From IMG/VR virus record IMGVR_UViG_3300031998_000006, positions 32,001 to 96,000 of that record: DNA of 64,000 bases. One strand, written 5' to 3'. Source of the stretch: a virus (lineage: Duplodnaviria; Caudoviricetes). Below, piece by piece: positions 9,855 through 19,749 of this stretch; positions within the stretch are counted from its first letter, which is position 1; every line of letters starts with the position of its first letter. A program made the translations under genes and the position numbers. The notes under the pieces are model-generated. The model was not told the origin of the DNA. It saw only the letters and a list, made by a program, of their open reading frames with translations, and did not search any database.

Positions 9855-10445
9855 ATGTCCAAAATGACTATCCGTTTGCATGAGAGCAAGGTACAGGAAG
9901 CAACGGGCCTGTTCTTGCCAGAATCCTTGAAGGAATCTCTTGAGTTCCACCTTCCGAACTGCACCGATTGCAAATCCGTAATCGTCTGCAAGTGTGACGA
10001 AGAACTCGACGAGGACATTCAATGGGCAATCCGAGATACATCACTTCCGGTGGTGGATGCTTCCATTGCTGACAACTACCTCGTCCTCGCATTGGAAGAG
10101 AATGCATCCGATGAGGAAATCCAGTCTATCTTCAACGAAGAGTACAAGAAAGCCATCCTTACGAAAGCCCCGAAGCTGGTGGCTTCTATGGATGTGGAAT
10201 CCTTGCAGAAAGCCCTCGTGGACTTGCAATCGGGTAGCATCGGCAAGCCGTGGGAACTCGACTTTACGAACTCCGTGTCTTGGGGCTTGAACATCTTCGA
10301 TGACATCCTCTATAGCGAACAGAGCGGTGCAAGCGTCTATGCCACCGCGTTCAACTATGTGGTTTGCGGACCGGACGGAAAGGAATTGACCACAACCCGT
10401 TCTATGGTGGAAGTGAAGAACTTCCTTGACACAAATTTCAAATAG
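9855..10445 (+). CDS. Putative internal head protein, leader MSKMTIRLHE
   Basis: Shared leader; acidic. Confidence 0.85.
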   Translation: MSKMTIRLHESKVQEATGLFLPESLKESLEFHLPNCTDCKSVIVCKCDEELDEDIQWAIRDTSLPVVDASIADNYLVLALEENASDEEIQSIFNEEYKKAILTKAPKLVASMDVESLQKALVDLQSGSIGKPWELDFTNSVSWGLNIFDDILYSEQSGASVYATAFNYVVCGPDGKELTTTRSMVEVKNFLDTNFK

Positions 10446-10457
10446 GAGAAGTTTACT

Positions 10458-10856
10458 ATGGCAAAAATGACAATCAAGGTTAAGGAAGCCAAGGAATACG
10501 GAAGCATCGAAGAGGTGTTCCAGGACTTGGGCTACTTCCCGGCAGAAGACAGCGATGACAAGAAGCTCGTCTGCTATATGGACTTTGAAACGGGCATAGA
10601 TGTTCCGAAGTATGTGTCCGTTATTACTCACTATGATTTCCAAGCCGATGACCTTCTTGTTGAAGTGGCAGCCGGTTCTTATGACCACACCACTCGTGAC
10701 GGAAGCATCGGGGATATGTTCTACACCTTCATCGGTGCGGAACTTGAACATCCCACTTTCGAGCAGGTCAAGAAAGCCTGCAAGAATGCGGAAAAGGCGG
10801 CAAAATACTATATTAAGGCTTTGCAGATTAACCTAAACACAGAAGGAGCGGTGTAA
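10458..10856 (+). CDS. Putative internal head protein, leader MAKMTIKVKE
   Basis: AGGAG RBS; shared leader. Confidence 0.85.
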   Translation: MAKMTIKVKEAKEYGSIEEVFQDLGYFPAEDSDDKKLVCYMDFETGIDVPKYVSVITHYDFQADDLLVEVAAGSYDHTTRDGSIGDMFYTFIGAELEHPTFEQVKKACKNAEKAAKYYIKALQINLNTEGAV

Positions 10857-10858
10857 TT

Positions 10859-11239
10859 ATGTCCAAGATGAAGATTACAGTTCACGAAGCCAAGAACGAT
10901 AAGATAGTACCCTACACCTTGATGCAGTGCTACTATCCCGACGAAAAGCGATGGGACCCGATTCTCGTTGAAATCAACTCCAATGACCAGGGCTGGTTCT
11001 ACGATGGACTCGCTCCGGTGGACAACTTCGGCAACTTCGCCTATTACGAATTTGGTTGGGATTTCATCCATCAGCGTTGCAGGAAGGGTACGGATAAGTG
11101 TGACCCCGAAATGGTTGCCGCTATGGAGAAGGAATACTTGTCCGGGGATGACCTTGCGGATGGCTACACCTACAAGAAGGTGGACGGAAGACTCGGTGCC
11201 TATGTTCCGAAGGGCTTGCGTTACATTGGAAACAATTAA
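10859..11239 (+). CDS. Putative internal head protein, leader MSKMKITVHE
   Basis: AAGGAG RBS; shared leader. Confidence 0.85.
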   Translation: MSKMKITVHEAKNDKIVPYTLMQCYYPDEKRWDPILVEINSNDQGWFYDGLAPVDNFGNFAYYEFGWDFIHQRCRKGTDKCDPEMVAAMEKEYLSGDDLADGYTYKKVDGRLGAYVPKGLRYIGNN

Positions 11240-11445
11240 GGAAACCGTCAATAAATCCCACCCATCTTTAGTGGGTGGGTTGAATTGCCCGAAAGAATAA
11301 GGTATATTATGTCTAACAATACGGGTGGAACGCCCGGAATTTACGCCGACGGAGATATTATGATACACGTTAGTGTAGCAGCCCCGGAAACCTTGCATAC
11401 TAGGATGTGTGAAACCTACACGTCTTTAGTGTGTGGGTAGTTCAT
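11240..11445 (+). mobile_element. Non-autonomous IS200/IS605 mini element (both ends plus a tnpB 3'/omegaRNA-like segment)
   Basis: Left hairpin CCCACCCA-TCTTTAG-TGGGTGGG and right end ACCTACACGTCTTTAGTGTGTGGGTAGTTCA, both resembling the ends of the 49.6-51.0 kb element. Confidence 0.75.
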
Positions 11446-11458
11446 GGAGAAAACCACT

Positions 11459-12442
11459 ATGATTATCGACAAGATTCTCGACCGCTATGATGGCGATGCC
11501 TATGACCCGGAAGACTTTTACAAGGCGATGATGTCCTACGAAGAAGGTACGGACTTTAAGATTTCTCGCGCTCTCGACAGTGGCGAGGAAGAGGACATCA
11601 AGCGTGAACTCTGTGCCTACATCGACGATGGTAACTACAATCCGAAGATTAAGGACTTCATCAATTCCGTGAAGTGGCTCGAAGCCGATGATGGCAAGGA
11701 CTACAGCAAGGAATTTGACATCCTCGGCGAATCCAAGAAGGGCGAATCCAAGTTCAAATGCTCTATGGCAAAGAAGAAGGAATCCCTCGCAAAGAAGAGC
11801 GAAGGGTTTAAGACTGATTGGCAAATGGATGTTGTCAATAGTCTGGAAACCATCAAAGATAAGTATGGTTTGGTTGTTGAATACAAGGAAATAGAGGATG
11901 GTCTTAATGGTGTTACGGATAGTTACACTGTGAAGATTAAGCGTGGACCCCTTTCGGAAATAATGGCAATCGTGGGTCCGGATTATTTGAACCTCTTCAC
12001 GGAGGATGTATCTCGCCAGTATTTATCTAAAGATTATGATTCTACAGAAGCACTTAACAAATTGGTTGATGCTATCTCGGAATATGTGAAAAAGAATGAC
12101 TGGACTAGGGAATCCAAGAAGAGCGAAGCAACTTACGATAGACCTGTGAGCCTGTATATCACCACTCGTTACGATGATGCGGAAGAGGCCCAGAATTTCA
12201 TCAAGGATATGGTTGGCGAAGAATTAACCGTGTCCAAGGACCGTAATGGGGATGCTCTGTATGTGAGTATCGAAGGTTCGGACGATGCCATTGATGCATT
12301 CCTTGAAGTTTACAAGGATGAATATGAAAACATCTTGAATGATTGCGATGTTGATGCAAACGGATGGGTTTCCCCGGATGATACTTACTACTCTTCTATT
12401 GAAGGTCGCAAGGAATTGATGGGCGAATCCACGAAGAAATAG
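11459..12442 (+). CDS. Acidic multi-module protein with ESKK linkers
   Basis: GGAG RBS and ATG at 11459. Internal GESKKGESKFKCSMAKKKESLAKKSE and RESKKSE. Confidence 0.85.
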   Translation: MIIDKILDRYDGDAYDPEDFYKAMMSYEEGTDFKISRALDSGEEEDIKRELCAYIDDGNYNPKIKDFINSVKWLEADDGKDYSKEFDILGESKKGESKFKCSMAKKKESLAKKSEGFKTDWQMDVVNSLETIKDKYGLVVEYKEIEDGLNGVTDSYTVKIKRGPLSEIMAIVGPDYLNLFTEDVSRQYLSKDYDSTEALNKLVDAISEYVKKNDWTRESKKSEATYDRPVSLYITTRYDDAEEAQNFIKDMVGEELTVSKDRNGDALYVSIEGSDDAIDAFLEVYKDEYENILNDCDVDANGWVSPDDTYYSSIEGRKELMGESTKK

Positions 12443-12485
12443 CTTACTACGTATAATCTTCTCCAGTCGCAACAAACTAAACAAT

Positions 12486-12514
12486 AGAGTTCCGAGTTTT
12501 TCGGAACTCTTTTT
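12486..12514 (+). terminator. Rho-independent terminator
   Basis: AGAGTTCCGA/TCGGAACTCT stem followed by a T tract. Confidence 0.75.
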
Positions 12515-12930
12515 GTATTGCCATTTTCTTTCGTACAAAATAAATATAATAGTTTATCTAAATATATAACAATTTATCTATAACTCCATACTTGATAAAG
12601 TGTTATATTTGTCAAAAAGTGTCAATTTATTTGTGGGTTTCTTAAAATCCGCAAGTTTTTTTATTATATTATTTTGTTGGACACTAGGATTGAATCTACC
12701 GAAGTCATTAAAAATGCTCGGCTTAAAAACCGAGAATGCCCGAAACCATCGTAGATAGCAATATCTATGTAAGTTAGGGGTATCAAATAGGTTTTTAATC
12801 TAGGAGAGGATTCAAATTCCAGTTTAAAAGGGACGGCATTTTGCCGATTTCAAAAACCTACCCTTTTAGGAGAGCAATCCAAAAGATTGCTTAATGCAAA
12901 CAAAGTAACCCTAACAGGAGACCATCCATT

Positions 12931-13500
12931 ATGGTTAATACCAACCGAATCGCTGCTCGTTACGAAGCTCGTACCGCTGCTTTCCGCAAGCGTCTCGAAG
13001 CCAAACGTGCAGAAAAGAAACTCCGTGAAGAAGACGAAGGTATCATCGAAGTTGACGGCGTTAAGCTGAATGCCGCTGAAACCGAAGTCATCTTTGCTGA
13101 CGAAGACAAGGACATCCAGGTTGTCGCTTCTCCGAATCCGGAAAACGAAAACGAAGTCGTTGTCGCTGTTCTCACTGCTTCCAAGGATGATGTTGAAGAA
13201 GAAGAAGTTCTCGGCTCTGCATCCGTTGAAGGTAGCGAAGAAACCGCAGGTGCAGAAGAAGCACGAAAGGCTGAACGTCGCGAAGCATTCCGCAAGCGCC
13301 TTGAAGCCAAACGTGCAGAAGGTAAGTCCGCAACACCCGCTCGTAACGAAGCTCGTATTGCCGCTTTCCGCAAGCGCCTTGAAGCCCGTCGTGCTGGAAA
13401 GACGAGCGAATCCAAGGCTACGGCTACCGCTGACGCCCGTAAGAAGAGCATCGCAGAAGCCCGTGCCAAGTTCCGTTCCAAAATCGGCAAGAAAGCCTAA
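12931..13500 (+). CDS. Prohead core/scaffold protein
   Basis: Immediately upstream of the capsid gene; highly charged and helical; three AFRKRLEA(K/R)RA repeats. Confidence 0.7.
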   Translation: MVNTNRIAARYEARTAAFRKRLEAKRAEKKLREEDEGIIEVDGVKLNAAETEVIFADEDKDIQVVASPNPENENEVVVAVLTASKDDVEEEEVLGSASVEGSEETAGAEEARKAERREAFRKRLEAKRAEGKSATPARNEARIAAFRKRLEARRAGKTSESKATATADARKKSIAEARAKFRSKIGKKA

Positions 13501-13518
13501 ACCCGGAGGAAATCCAAA

Positions 13519-15174
13519 ATGAATAAACCTTCTATTGAAGAACTCTCCAATGCCAAGTACGACCGCATCGTAGAATCCTACGAAGCCCGTTATGGCAAGC
13601 AGTTTGAAAAACTCGCCAAGAGCCAGTCTTTCAAGGGCAGCTTGAGCAAGAACGATATGTTCAACCTCGGCGCTCAACTCGACAACTACAAGAAGTACGA
13701 AAGCTATGTCGCTGAAAATTCCTCGGCTTCCAGCCTTGGTGTCCTTCCGCGTGTTGCTCTCGACCTCATCTCCGCAACTTACGCCCTCTCCATCGCTCCG
13801 CAGCTTGCATCCGTGCAGACTTTGGACGAAGCCCAGGGTCTTATCTACTTCAAGAAGACTTTCACTCACGGCTATCCGTTGACCGCACAGAATGGTCTTC
13901 CGGCTCTTCCGGAAGAACGCTGGATGGGTGCAGACGGCAAGTTTGAAGGTGAACAGTCCTTCAATGGTGCTTGGAAGAAGTGGCTTGACTCTCGTCCGCG
14001 TCCGGCAACGGGTGCTGGCGACACTCTCACTCCGGAAACTCTTACCGCCAAGAACTTTGATGCCATTACCTTCAATGCCTTGAAGGGTTGGCAGTCTTCT
14101 CCGACCGGCTATATGAGCGAACGCCAGTTCGTGGCTGTTGACGGCGACACCGCCACCATCAAGTATGGTGTTGGCAACCTCCGCTGGAACACCCCGATTA
14201 ACATTCGCCTTGTTGCACCGGATGGTAAGGTGGAAGACATCGTTGGTCTTACCGCTGGTCCGGGTCAGCTCCCGACCTTCTACGGCAAGGTTGCTGTGAC
14301 CGCAGCCCAGAGCGGTAAGGACATCGTTCTCTCTGGCTTCAATGGCTACCAGGGTATGGTTGCCTATGATGTTGACTTTGAAAAGGCACCGGACGTTCCG
14401 GCTATTGAATACGGTCTCGACACGAAGGTTGTCAGCGCCGAAATCATTGGCTTGAAGGAAATGCTCGGTACTTTCAAGAGCTTCCAGTTCAACAAGCGCT
14501 TCGGTAAGGCTGCTTCCGATGAAGTCCTCGCTGACCTCACTGGTCACATGGCTATGGCTGAATCCGAAAAGGTTCTCGCCGCCTATGTCCAGTCCGCTAA
14601 CAAGTGGGCTCCGCTCACTTGGGATTTGAACAAGCCGAATACCATCTCCGAATACGAACATCGTCAGTCCTTCCTCTATGTCATCCAGGCTGCTTCTGCC
14701 GCCATCGGCGCTCGTGCAGGCAAGGGCTATGCTAACAAGATTGTTGCCGGTTATGTTGCTTGCCAGTACATCGCTTCCCTTCCGGGCTTCCGTCCTGCTC
14801 CGCAGACGAACCTCGTTGGTCCGCACGTGTATGGCACTCTCGAAAACGAAGGTATCACGGTTATTCGTAGCAACACCATCGTTGCACCGAACGAAGTTAT
14901 CTGTGCTTACAGCTCCGACAACTCCCCGTTCGAAGCTCCGGTTGTTTGCGCTACCTATATGCCGGTGTTCCTTACCGACACTATGCCGGTTGCCGATAAT
15001 CCGTTCCAGACCCAGCGTGCAATCGCTTCTTGGAAGGCTATCGAACCGGTGGTTGCTGAATTTGTTCAGCGCATCGTGATTACGAAGAACACTGCCCCGG
15101 CTGCGGATGCCTATGTGTATCTTACCAGCAATCCGGGTAATGGCTCTTCCAACGGTGGTAGCGGTAACGGCTAA
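13519..15174 (+). CDS. gp23: Major capsid protein, T4 gp23-like
   Basis: LASVQTL...GLIYF, GKGYANKIVA and EAPVVCATYMP match gp23-family motifs; strong high-expression codon bias; GGAGG RBS. Confidence 0.9.
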   Translation: MNKPSIEELSNAKYDRIVESYEARYGKQFEKLAKSQSFKGSLSKNDMFNLGAQLDNYKKYESYVAENSSASSLGVLPRVALDLISATYALSIAPQLASVQTLDEAQGLIYFKKTFTHGYPLTAQNGLPALPEERWMGADGKFEGEQSFNGAWKKWLDSRPRPATGAGDTLTPETLTAKNFDAITFNALKGWQSSPTGYMSERQFVAVDGDTATIKYGVGNLRWNTPINIRLVAPDGKVEDIVGLTAGPGQLPTFYGKVAVTAAQSGKDIVLSGFNGYQGMVAYDVDFEKAPDVPAIEYGLDTKVVSAEIIGLKEMLGTFKSFQFNKRFGKAASDEVLADLTGHMAMAESEKVLAAYVQSANKWAPLTWDLNKPNTISEYEHRQSFLYVIQAASAAIGARAGKGYANKIVAGYVACQYIASLPGFRPAPQTNLVGPHVYGTLENEGITVIRSNTIVAPNEVICAYSSDNSPFEAPVVCATYMPVFLTDTMPVADNPFQTQRAIASWKAIEPVVAEFVQRIVITKNTAPAADAYVYLTSNPGNGSSNGGSGNG

Positions 15175-15210
15175 TCCGTAAGAGAGTTCAACACCTCGGT
15201 TGAATAATCG

Positions 15211-15244
15211 GTGTCACTAGGGTAAAACCTAGTGGCACTTTTTT
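15211..15244 (+). terminator. Rho-independent terminator after the capsid gene
   Basis: GTGTCACTAGG/CCTAGTGGCAC stem followed by a T tract. Confidence 0.8.
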
Positions 15245-15314
15245 ATTTGCGGTTTGTTCGCAGTCAACAATATTTTGTTATTTTTATCAATGTATCTTTG
15301 CAAAGGATTCCATT

Positions 15315-15452
15315 ATGGCAGAAAGCACCGAAGAAGCCGATGGCAAGTTGAATAACTATGTGGAATATATGCTTATATTCCTTGAGAACGAAGTAGTCCG
15401 CAATGGCTACTACGATGAACCAGAATATCCCCTTGAACTTTTGTATCTATAA
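15315..15452 (+). CDS. Small acidic protein (45 aa)
   Basis: AAGGA RBS. MAESTEEADGKLNNYVEYMLIFLENEVVRNGYYDEPEYPLELLYL; below the ORF-track size cutoff. Confidence 0.5.
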   Translation: MAESTEEADGKLNNYVEYMLIFLENEVVRNGYYDEPEYPLELLYL

Positions 15453-15466
15453 GGAGAAATCATCCT

Positions 15467-17476
15467 ATGACGAACGAACGCAGAAGTAATGCCGATTACT
15501 TGCAGGAAATATGGGATTCCCTTGAGGGTGTCTGGGACAAGTCCAAGTATAATATGGAAAAGGGCTACGATGACGAGTACGGCTGTGAATGTATCACAAT
15601 CTCGCTTCGTGACAATGAGGATGTCCGTGCAAAGATTTATGTGGAAGACCACGAAGGTCAGCATCCTACCGGCTTTGAGGTGGTGTACCGCTACCCCGGC
15701 GACAAGGGTGTGGGCATAGGTGGCTACTACGAGTTCCAGAGTACCGATATGGACGGACTGGGTGAGGAAGTGTTTGACTACTTTGACGAAATTAAGAACA
15801 AGGTTGGAGAATCTATGAAGAACGAAGGAAAGAACGAAGTGTCCAACTTCTCTAGGGATAGCTTGGGAGTATCGTTTGACGGTAAGTTCGGCAATATGCG
15901 AAAGGGCGAAAGCTGGGTAGTTTACCCGGAAACCTTGGACAAGGGCTACATCTGCATCCAGGGCGATACTCGCTTCGGCTATATCAATGTGAACAAGGGC
16001 TTCCTCGTGTTGTCCGCACCGCATAGCACCCCGATTTATGCCGCACTAATGGTTGACATCAACAAGGGCAAGGCACAGTGTATTCCGCTTGAGAAGGAAA
16101 TCGTTGACCAGATTTTGAATGCCGTGAATGACAGAACCATCACGGACCATAGCCTTGACAATGTTATCCGCAATGCCGATGTCACGGATGACGAACTCAA
16201 GGGCGAAGCAAAGCAGATGGAAGCCACGAAGAAGTATTACGGTTATGGCAAGGATGATGTTATTGACAAGGAAGACACTGACTTTATGTGGCAAGTTGCT
16301 TATGATTGGTTTGAGGACCGATTGCCCGAACGATTAAAGGGTAAGGCTGATAGTGCCGTGTATAAAGTCATTGATAAGGATAGCCGTGCATACGAAGAAA
16401 TCTTGACTATGGACGATTACCACGATTACTTGCAAAAGTACGGTCCTGGCATCATCAAGGACATCAAGGCTAACAACGAAGCCAAGCAGTGCGAAGATGT
16501 GCAGTATTACTATGACCGCTTGAACCCTACTGAAAAGGAAAAGTTCAACGGACTCTCCGAACAGATTGAAACTTTGGTTGGTATGTATGACGAGAACGGG
16601 GAGTTGTCCAAACCGCAGCAAGACCAGCTTAAAGAATTGCGTGACACCATCTATGTGTTCGGATATGTTGCAAGGGGCTATGTCAGCTTTGCCGATGAAG
16701 TCCTTGCCAACTATGGGGTTGAACCTTTGCTTGACTCCAAGGAGCCAGTCTTCGATGAAGCCAGACAACCCGCAGAATATAGTGTGCATTCCTACAATGA
16801 TACGGACATCCAGCATTATGAAGACGGCACACCCGAAGAATGGAGATGTCAGCGTTGTGGTGGTTTGAACGGTGGCGAAGATGGTGAACCTTTTGGAAAA
16901 TACATTACGGATTCTAATGGAAAGGTTGTGATACGCTTACTGTGTTCTGGTTGTGCAGATGACGCTTGCGATATTCTTAATGCTACTCACGGAAATGTCC
17001 GTAAGGCTATAGGACTTGGTGAATCCAAGAAGTCCGAAGATGCTTCCGACCCTATGGTTATCTACAAGGAAGGTGGCATTTATCGCACTACACCGAAGTC
17101 CAACTACGATGCCCGTATTCAAAATGCTTTCCGCATCCAGAAGTGGGATGGCTTTGACACTCCGCAGGAAATCATCAACTATTGCACGAAGTATTCTAGT
17201 GGCTTTGACCCGGAGAATGTGATTATCGTCGAATCCAAGAAGAGCGAGTCCTTGACCCTCAAGCAGAAGGAACTCAAGGATATGGCACGCTACGGACAAG
17301 CCGAGGACATCACTACCATTTCCGACGCGGAAGCCAAGGAACTCAAGAAGAAGGGCATTGAAACGGTGGGCATCAGCCGTGGTGTCTATGGTATGAACGG
17401 TGCGTTGCTTCGTGACAACGAGGGTAATAAGTATGTGATTACCGCAAGAAGCAGTAATTTGTTCTACTTTGTTTGA
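15467..17476 (+). CDS. Multi-module polyprotein-like protein with E-x-K-x-x-E linkers
   Basis: Linkers ESMKNE, EAKQME, EAKQCE and ESKKSE x2 (17021, 17231); one module has CxxC...CxxC. Confidence 0.88.
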   Translation: MTNERRSNADYLQEIWDSLEGVWDKSKYNMEKGYDDEYGCECITISLRDNEDVRAKIYVEDHEGQHPTGFEVVYRYPGDKGVGIGGYYEFQSTDMDGLGEEVFDYFDEIKNKVGESMKNEGKNEVSNFSRDSLGVSFDGKFGNMRKGESWVVYPETLDKGYICIQGDTRFGYINVNKGFLVLSAPHSTPIYAALMVDINKGKAQCIPLEKEIVDQILNAVNDRTITDHSLDNVIRNADVTDDELKGEAKQMEATKKYYGYGKDDVIDKEDTDFMWQVAYDWFEDRLPERLKGKADSAVYKVIDKDSRAYEEILTMDDYHDYLQKYGPGIIKDIKANNEAKQCEDVQYYYDRLNPTEKEKFNGLSEQIETLVGMYDENGELSKPQQDQLKELRDTIYVFGYVARGYVSFADEVLANYGVEPLLDSKEPVFDEARQPAEYSVHSYNDTDIQHYEDGTPEEWRCQRCGGLNGGEDGEPFGKYITDSNGKVVIRLLCSGCADDACDILNATHGNVRKAIGLGESKKSEDASDPMVIYKEGGIYRTTPKSNYDARIQNAFRIQKWDGFDTPQEIINYCTKYSSGFDPENVIIVESKKSESLTLKQKELKDMARYGQAEDITTISDAEAKELKKKGIETVGISRGVYGMNGALLRDNEGNKYVITARSSNLFYFV

Positions 17477-19628
17477 TAACTGGGGTCTTTTACTTATGAA
17501 CTATGTTAGTATCACAACATCTTACCAAGACGGACGGAACATTGTATATGTGTCTTCTATTGGTCTAGGTAAGACTATGGCAGAAGCGGAAGATAATTGC
17601 GAAAAAACTTTGTTTAAGTATCATCCGCAAGTGAAGCCTTACTATAGGGGCATCCAGAGTTGCCAGAGTCATCACAGTAATTATGATTTCAAATTGGAAG
17701 ATGCATTTACGGAATTACGTGGTTTGGACAAGAACCCGGAATTGATGCAGATACTCCTGGATTACTTGCCCGAAGCGATTACTAGGGAATTGCCCGGAAT
17801 CAAGGTTGTTTCCGATGTGACCACCAAGACTACTCCTAATGGTTTCGTTGTTTCCGTAGACTTGCAAGATAGGGATGGTAACGAGTTCACATTGGATGTG
17901 GGCTATGGTAGCAAGGTGGGTGTCCACGTTTCCATCTTCTCGGACAAGGATAATCGCTATGTGAGTGATACGGCAAAGGGTTATCCACCGCAATGCCCTA
18001 ACATCAAGGAATTGTTAAATCAATACTACAAGCACATCAATCGTGCTAGACAAAACAAGGAAGAAAGTATGAAACAATCTAAATGCTCTATGCAGAAGAA
18101 GAAGGAATCGCTCTACAAGAAAAATGAGGGTGTGTCCGCTAGTTCGTTGTTCGCAATCGACCCTAAATCGGGTCATTCCAAGATTTACGATGAACTTTGT
18201 GACATCGTAGATAACGTGTCCTATTCCGGTGTGCTGAATGCCGAAGATGCCACGGACGAATATCCCGATGCTGTTAGTGTGGATTTTGAAGTTAGTTCCG
18301 ATGATTCCGCACCGTATTCTGTGATGGTGTCTATCTATGGCAAGGAAGAAAACGATGAAGAAAGCCAGTTGTCTTATTCTGTTTGGGATGAGTACAATAA
18401 CAATTTGAAGTCCTACAAATCGGCTGTGGGTGGCGCTCCGTTAGGTTATCAAAAGGGTTATAAGATTTCCGAATTGCCCCAGATGTGGGATGACCTTCAA
18501 AAAGATATTCAGTCTTTGGTGTCCGATGCAGAACAAGATGAATCCAAGAAGTCCGAAGCTAATCTTGACGACTTGAAGGGAATGGTTGTGAGCGAAGGAA
18601 CTATGCGTTCCGAAGACCTCATTCCGAAGTTCCTGAATGTCTTGAAGACCTATGGCAAGGATAAGTACGATGCCTACGTCAAGGAAAACCCGGAAGTTCT
18701 CGACCTCGAAGGTATGGACGATGAAACGATGGGCTATGTAGTTGACGAACTCTTCAACAAGCTGGACGAAATCTCTCCGGAAGGATTCTATTTTGCCGCC
18801 CACCCGGATGATGGTGCTTGCTATGGATTCTGGGAAGTTGACCCGAATGAATCCAAGAAGTCCGAAGACTTTGATATGAACAAGGCTTTCTTCCAGGCTA
18901 AAAAGGCTATCACTGATTGGACCAAGAGGCAGGGACATAAGACCCTGGAATGGCTCTATACGGATGGTCGTAAGAGTCCAACTTCTTATCCGTCGGGTAT
19001 TTGGGATTTTGAATGGGACACGGGTAATGGGATGGCTACTGCGGAACTTAAAGTTTCTCCGTATGAGACCCGTACTAATTCGTGGAACAACAGTATGGAC
19101 TTTAGTTTGAGAGTGGGAACTGAAGATAAGCCTACGTTCTATACTTCCGTGGAAGATGTTCTGTATGCGTTAGATACGTTAATTAGCAAGAACGAAATCA
19201 AGATGGAATCCAAGAAGCCGGAAGCCTGCAAGGGTGGCAAGGACGATGATAAGAAGGGTGGCAAGGATGGCAAGGCTGCCGAATCCAAGAAGTCCGAAGG
19301 TGTCAGTGGTACAATCACGATGAACATTGACTATAACACCTTTATGCGTCTTCTTGATGCCGCCGCGTTCCTTGATGCAGATGAAGATTACAAGGATGCT
19401 CTCTGGGATTATTATTCCGAACTGGGCGAAATTGGTGGCGAAGCCTTTGTGTTCTTTGATAACCTCTTCCAGTACACGGCTTGGTACGATGTTGACGAAA
19501 TGTATGACGAAATAGGAGAACGCTTCCAAGACGAATCCAAGAGCAAGGAAGAATGCATTCAGGATGCTATCGACGATGGCGATATGACCATCTATCAGTA
19601 CAAGGACCACTACCTCGTTCTTAACTAA
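17469..19628 (+). CDS. Multi-module polyprotein-like protein with ESKKSE linkers
   Basis: Internal SKCSMQKKKESL, ESKKSE x3 (18540, 18849, 19281) and ESKKPE. The true start may be the ATG near 17496. Confidence 0.88.
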   Translation: MFDNWGLLLMNYVSITTSYQDGRNIVYVSSIGLGKTMAEAEDNCEKTLFKYHPQVKPYYRGIQSCQSHHSNYDFKLEDAFTELRGLDKNPELMQILLDYLPEAITRELPGIKVVSDVTTKTTPNGFVVSVDLQDRDGNEFTLDVGYGSKVGVHVSIFSDKDNRYVSDTAKGYPPQCPNIKELLNQYYKHINRARQNKEESMKQSKCSMQKKKESLYKKNEGVSASSLFAIDPKSGHSKIYDELCDIVDNVSYSGVLNAEDATDEYPDAVSVDFEVSSDDSAPYSVMVSIYGKEENDEESQLSYSVWDEYNNNLKSYKSAVGGAPLGYQKGYKISELPQMWDDLQKDIQSLVSDAEQDESKKSEANLDDLKGMVVSEGTMRSEDLIPKFLNVLKTYGKDKYDAYVKENPEVLDLEGMDDETMGYVVDELFNKLDEISPEGFYFAAHPDDGACYGFWEVDPNESKKSEDFDMNKAFFQAKKAITDWTKRQGHKTLEWLYTDGRKSPTSYPSGIWDFEWDTGNGMATAELKVSPYETRTNSWNNSMDFSLRVGTEDKPTFYTSVEDVLYALDTLISKNEIKMESKKPEACKGGKDDDKKGGKDGKAAESKKSEGVSGTITMNIDYNTFMRLLDAAAFLDADEDYKDALWDYYSELGEIGGEAFVFFDNLFQYTAWYDVDEMYDEIGERFQDESKSKEECIQDAIDDGDMTIYQYKDHYLVLN

Positions 19629-19647
19629 TCGCTGTACCTCGCGTTGT

Positions 19648-19674
19648 ACCGCCCCTATTTTGGGGCGGTTTTTT
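19648..19674 (+). terminator. Rho-independent terminator
   Basis: ACCGCCCC/GGGGCGGT stem followed by a T tract. Confidence 0.8.
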
Positions 19675-19749
19675 CGTATAGGGAGATTTCTCATAGGATA
19701 GGTTTTTAGTTATATTTCCTAGTGGAAAACATTTGCAGAGGATTTAGCT

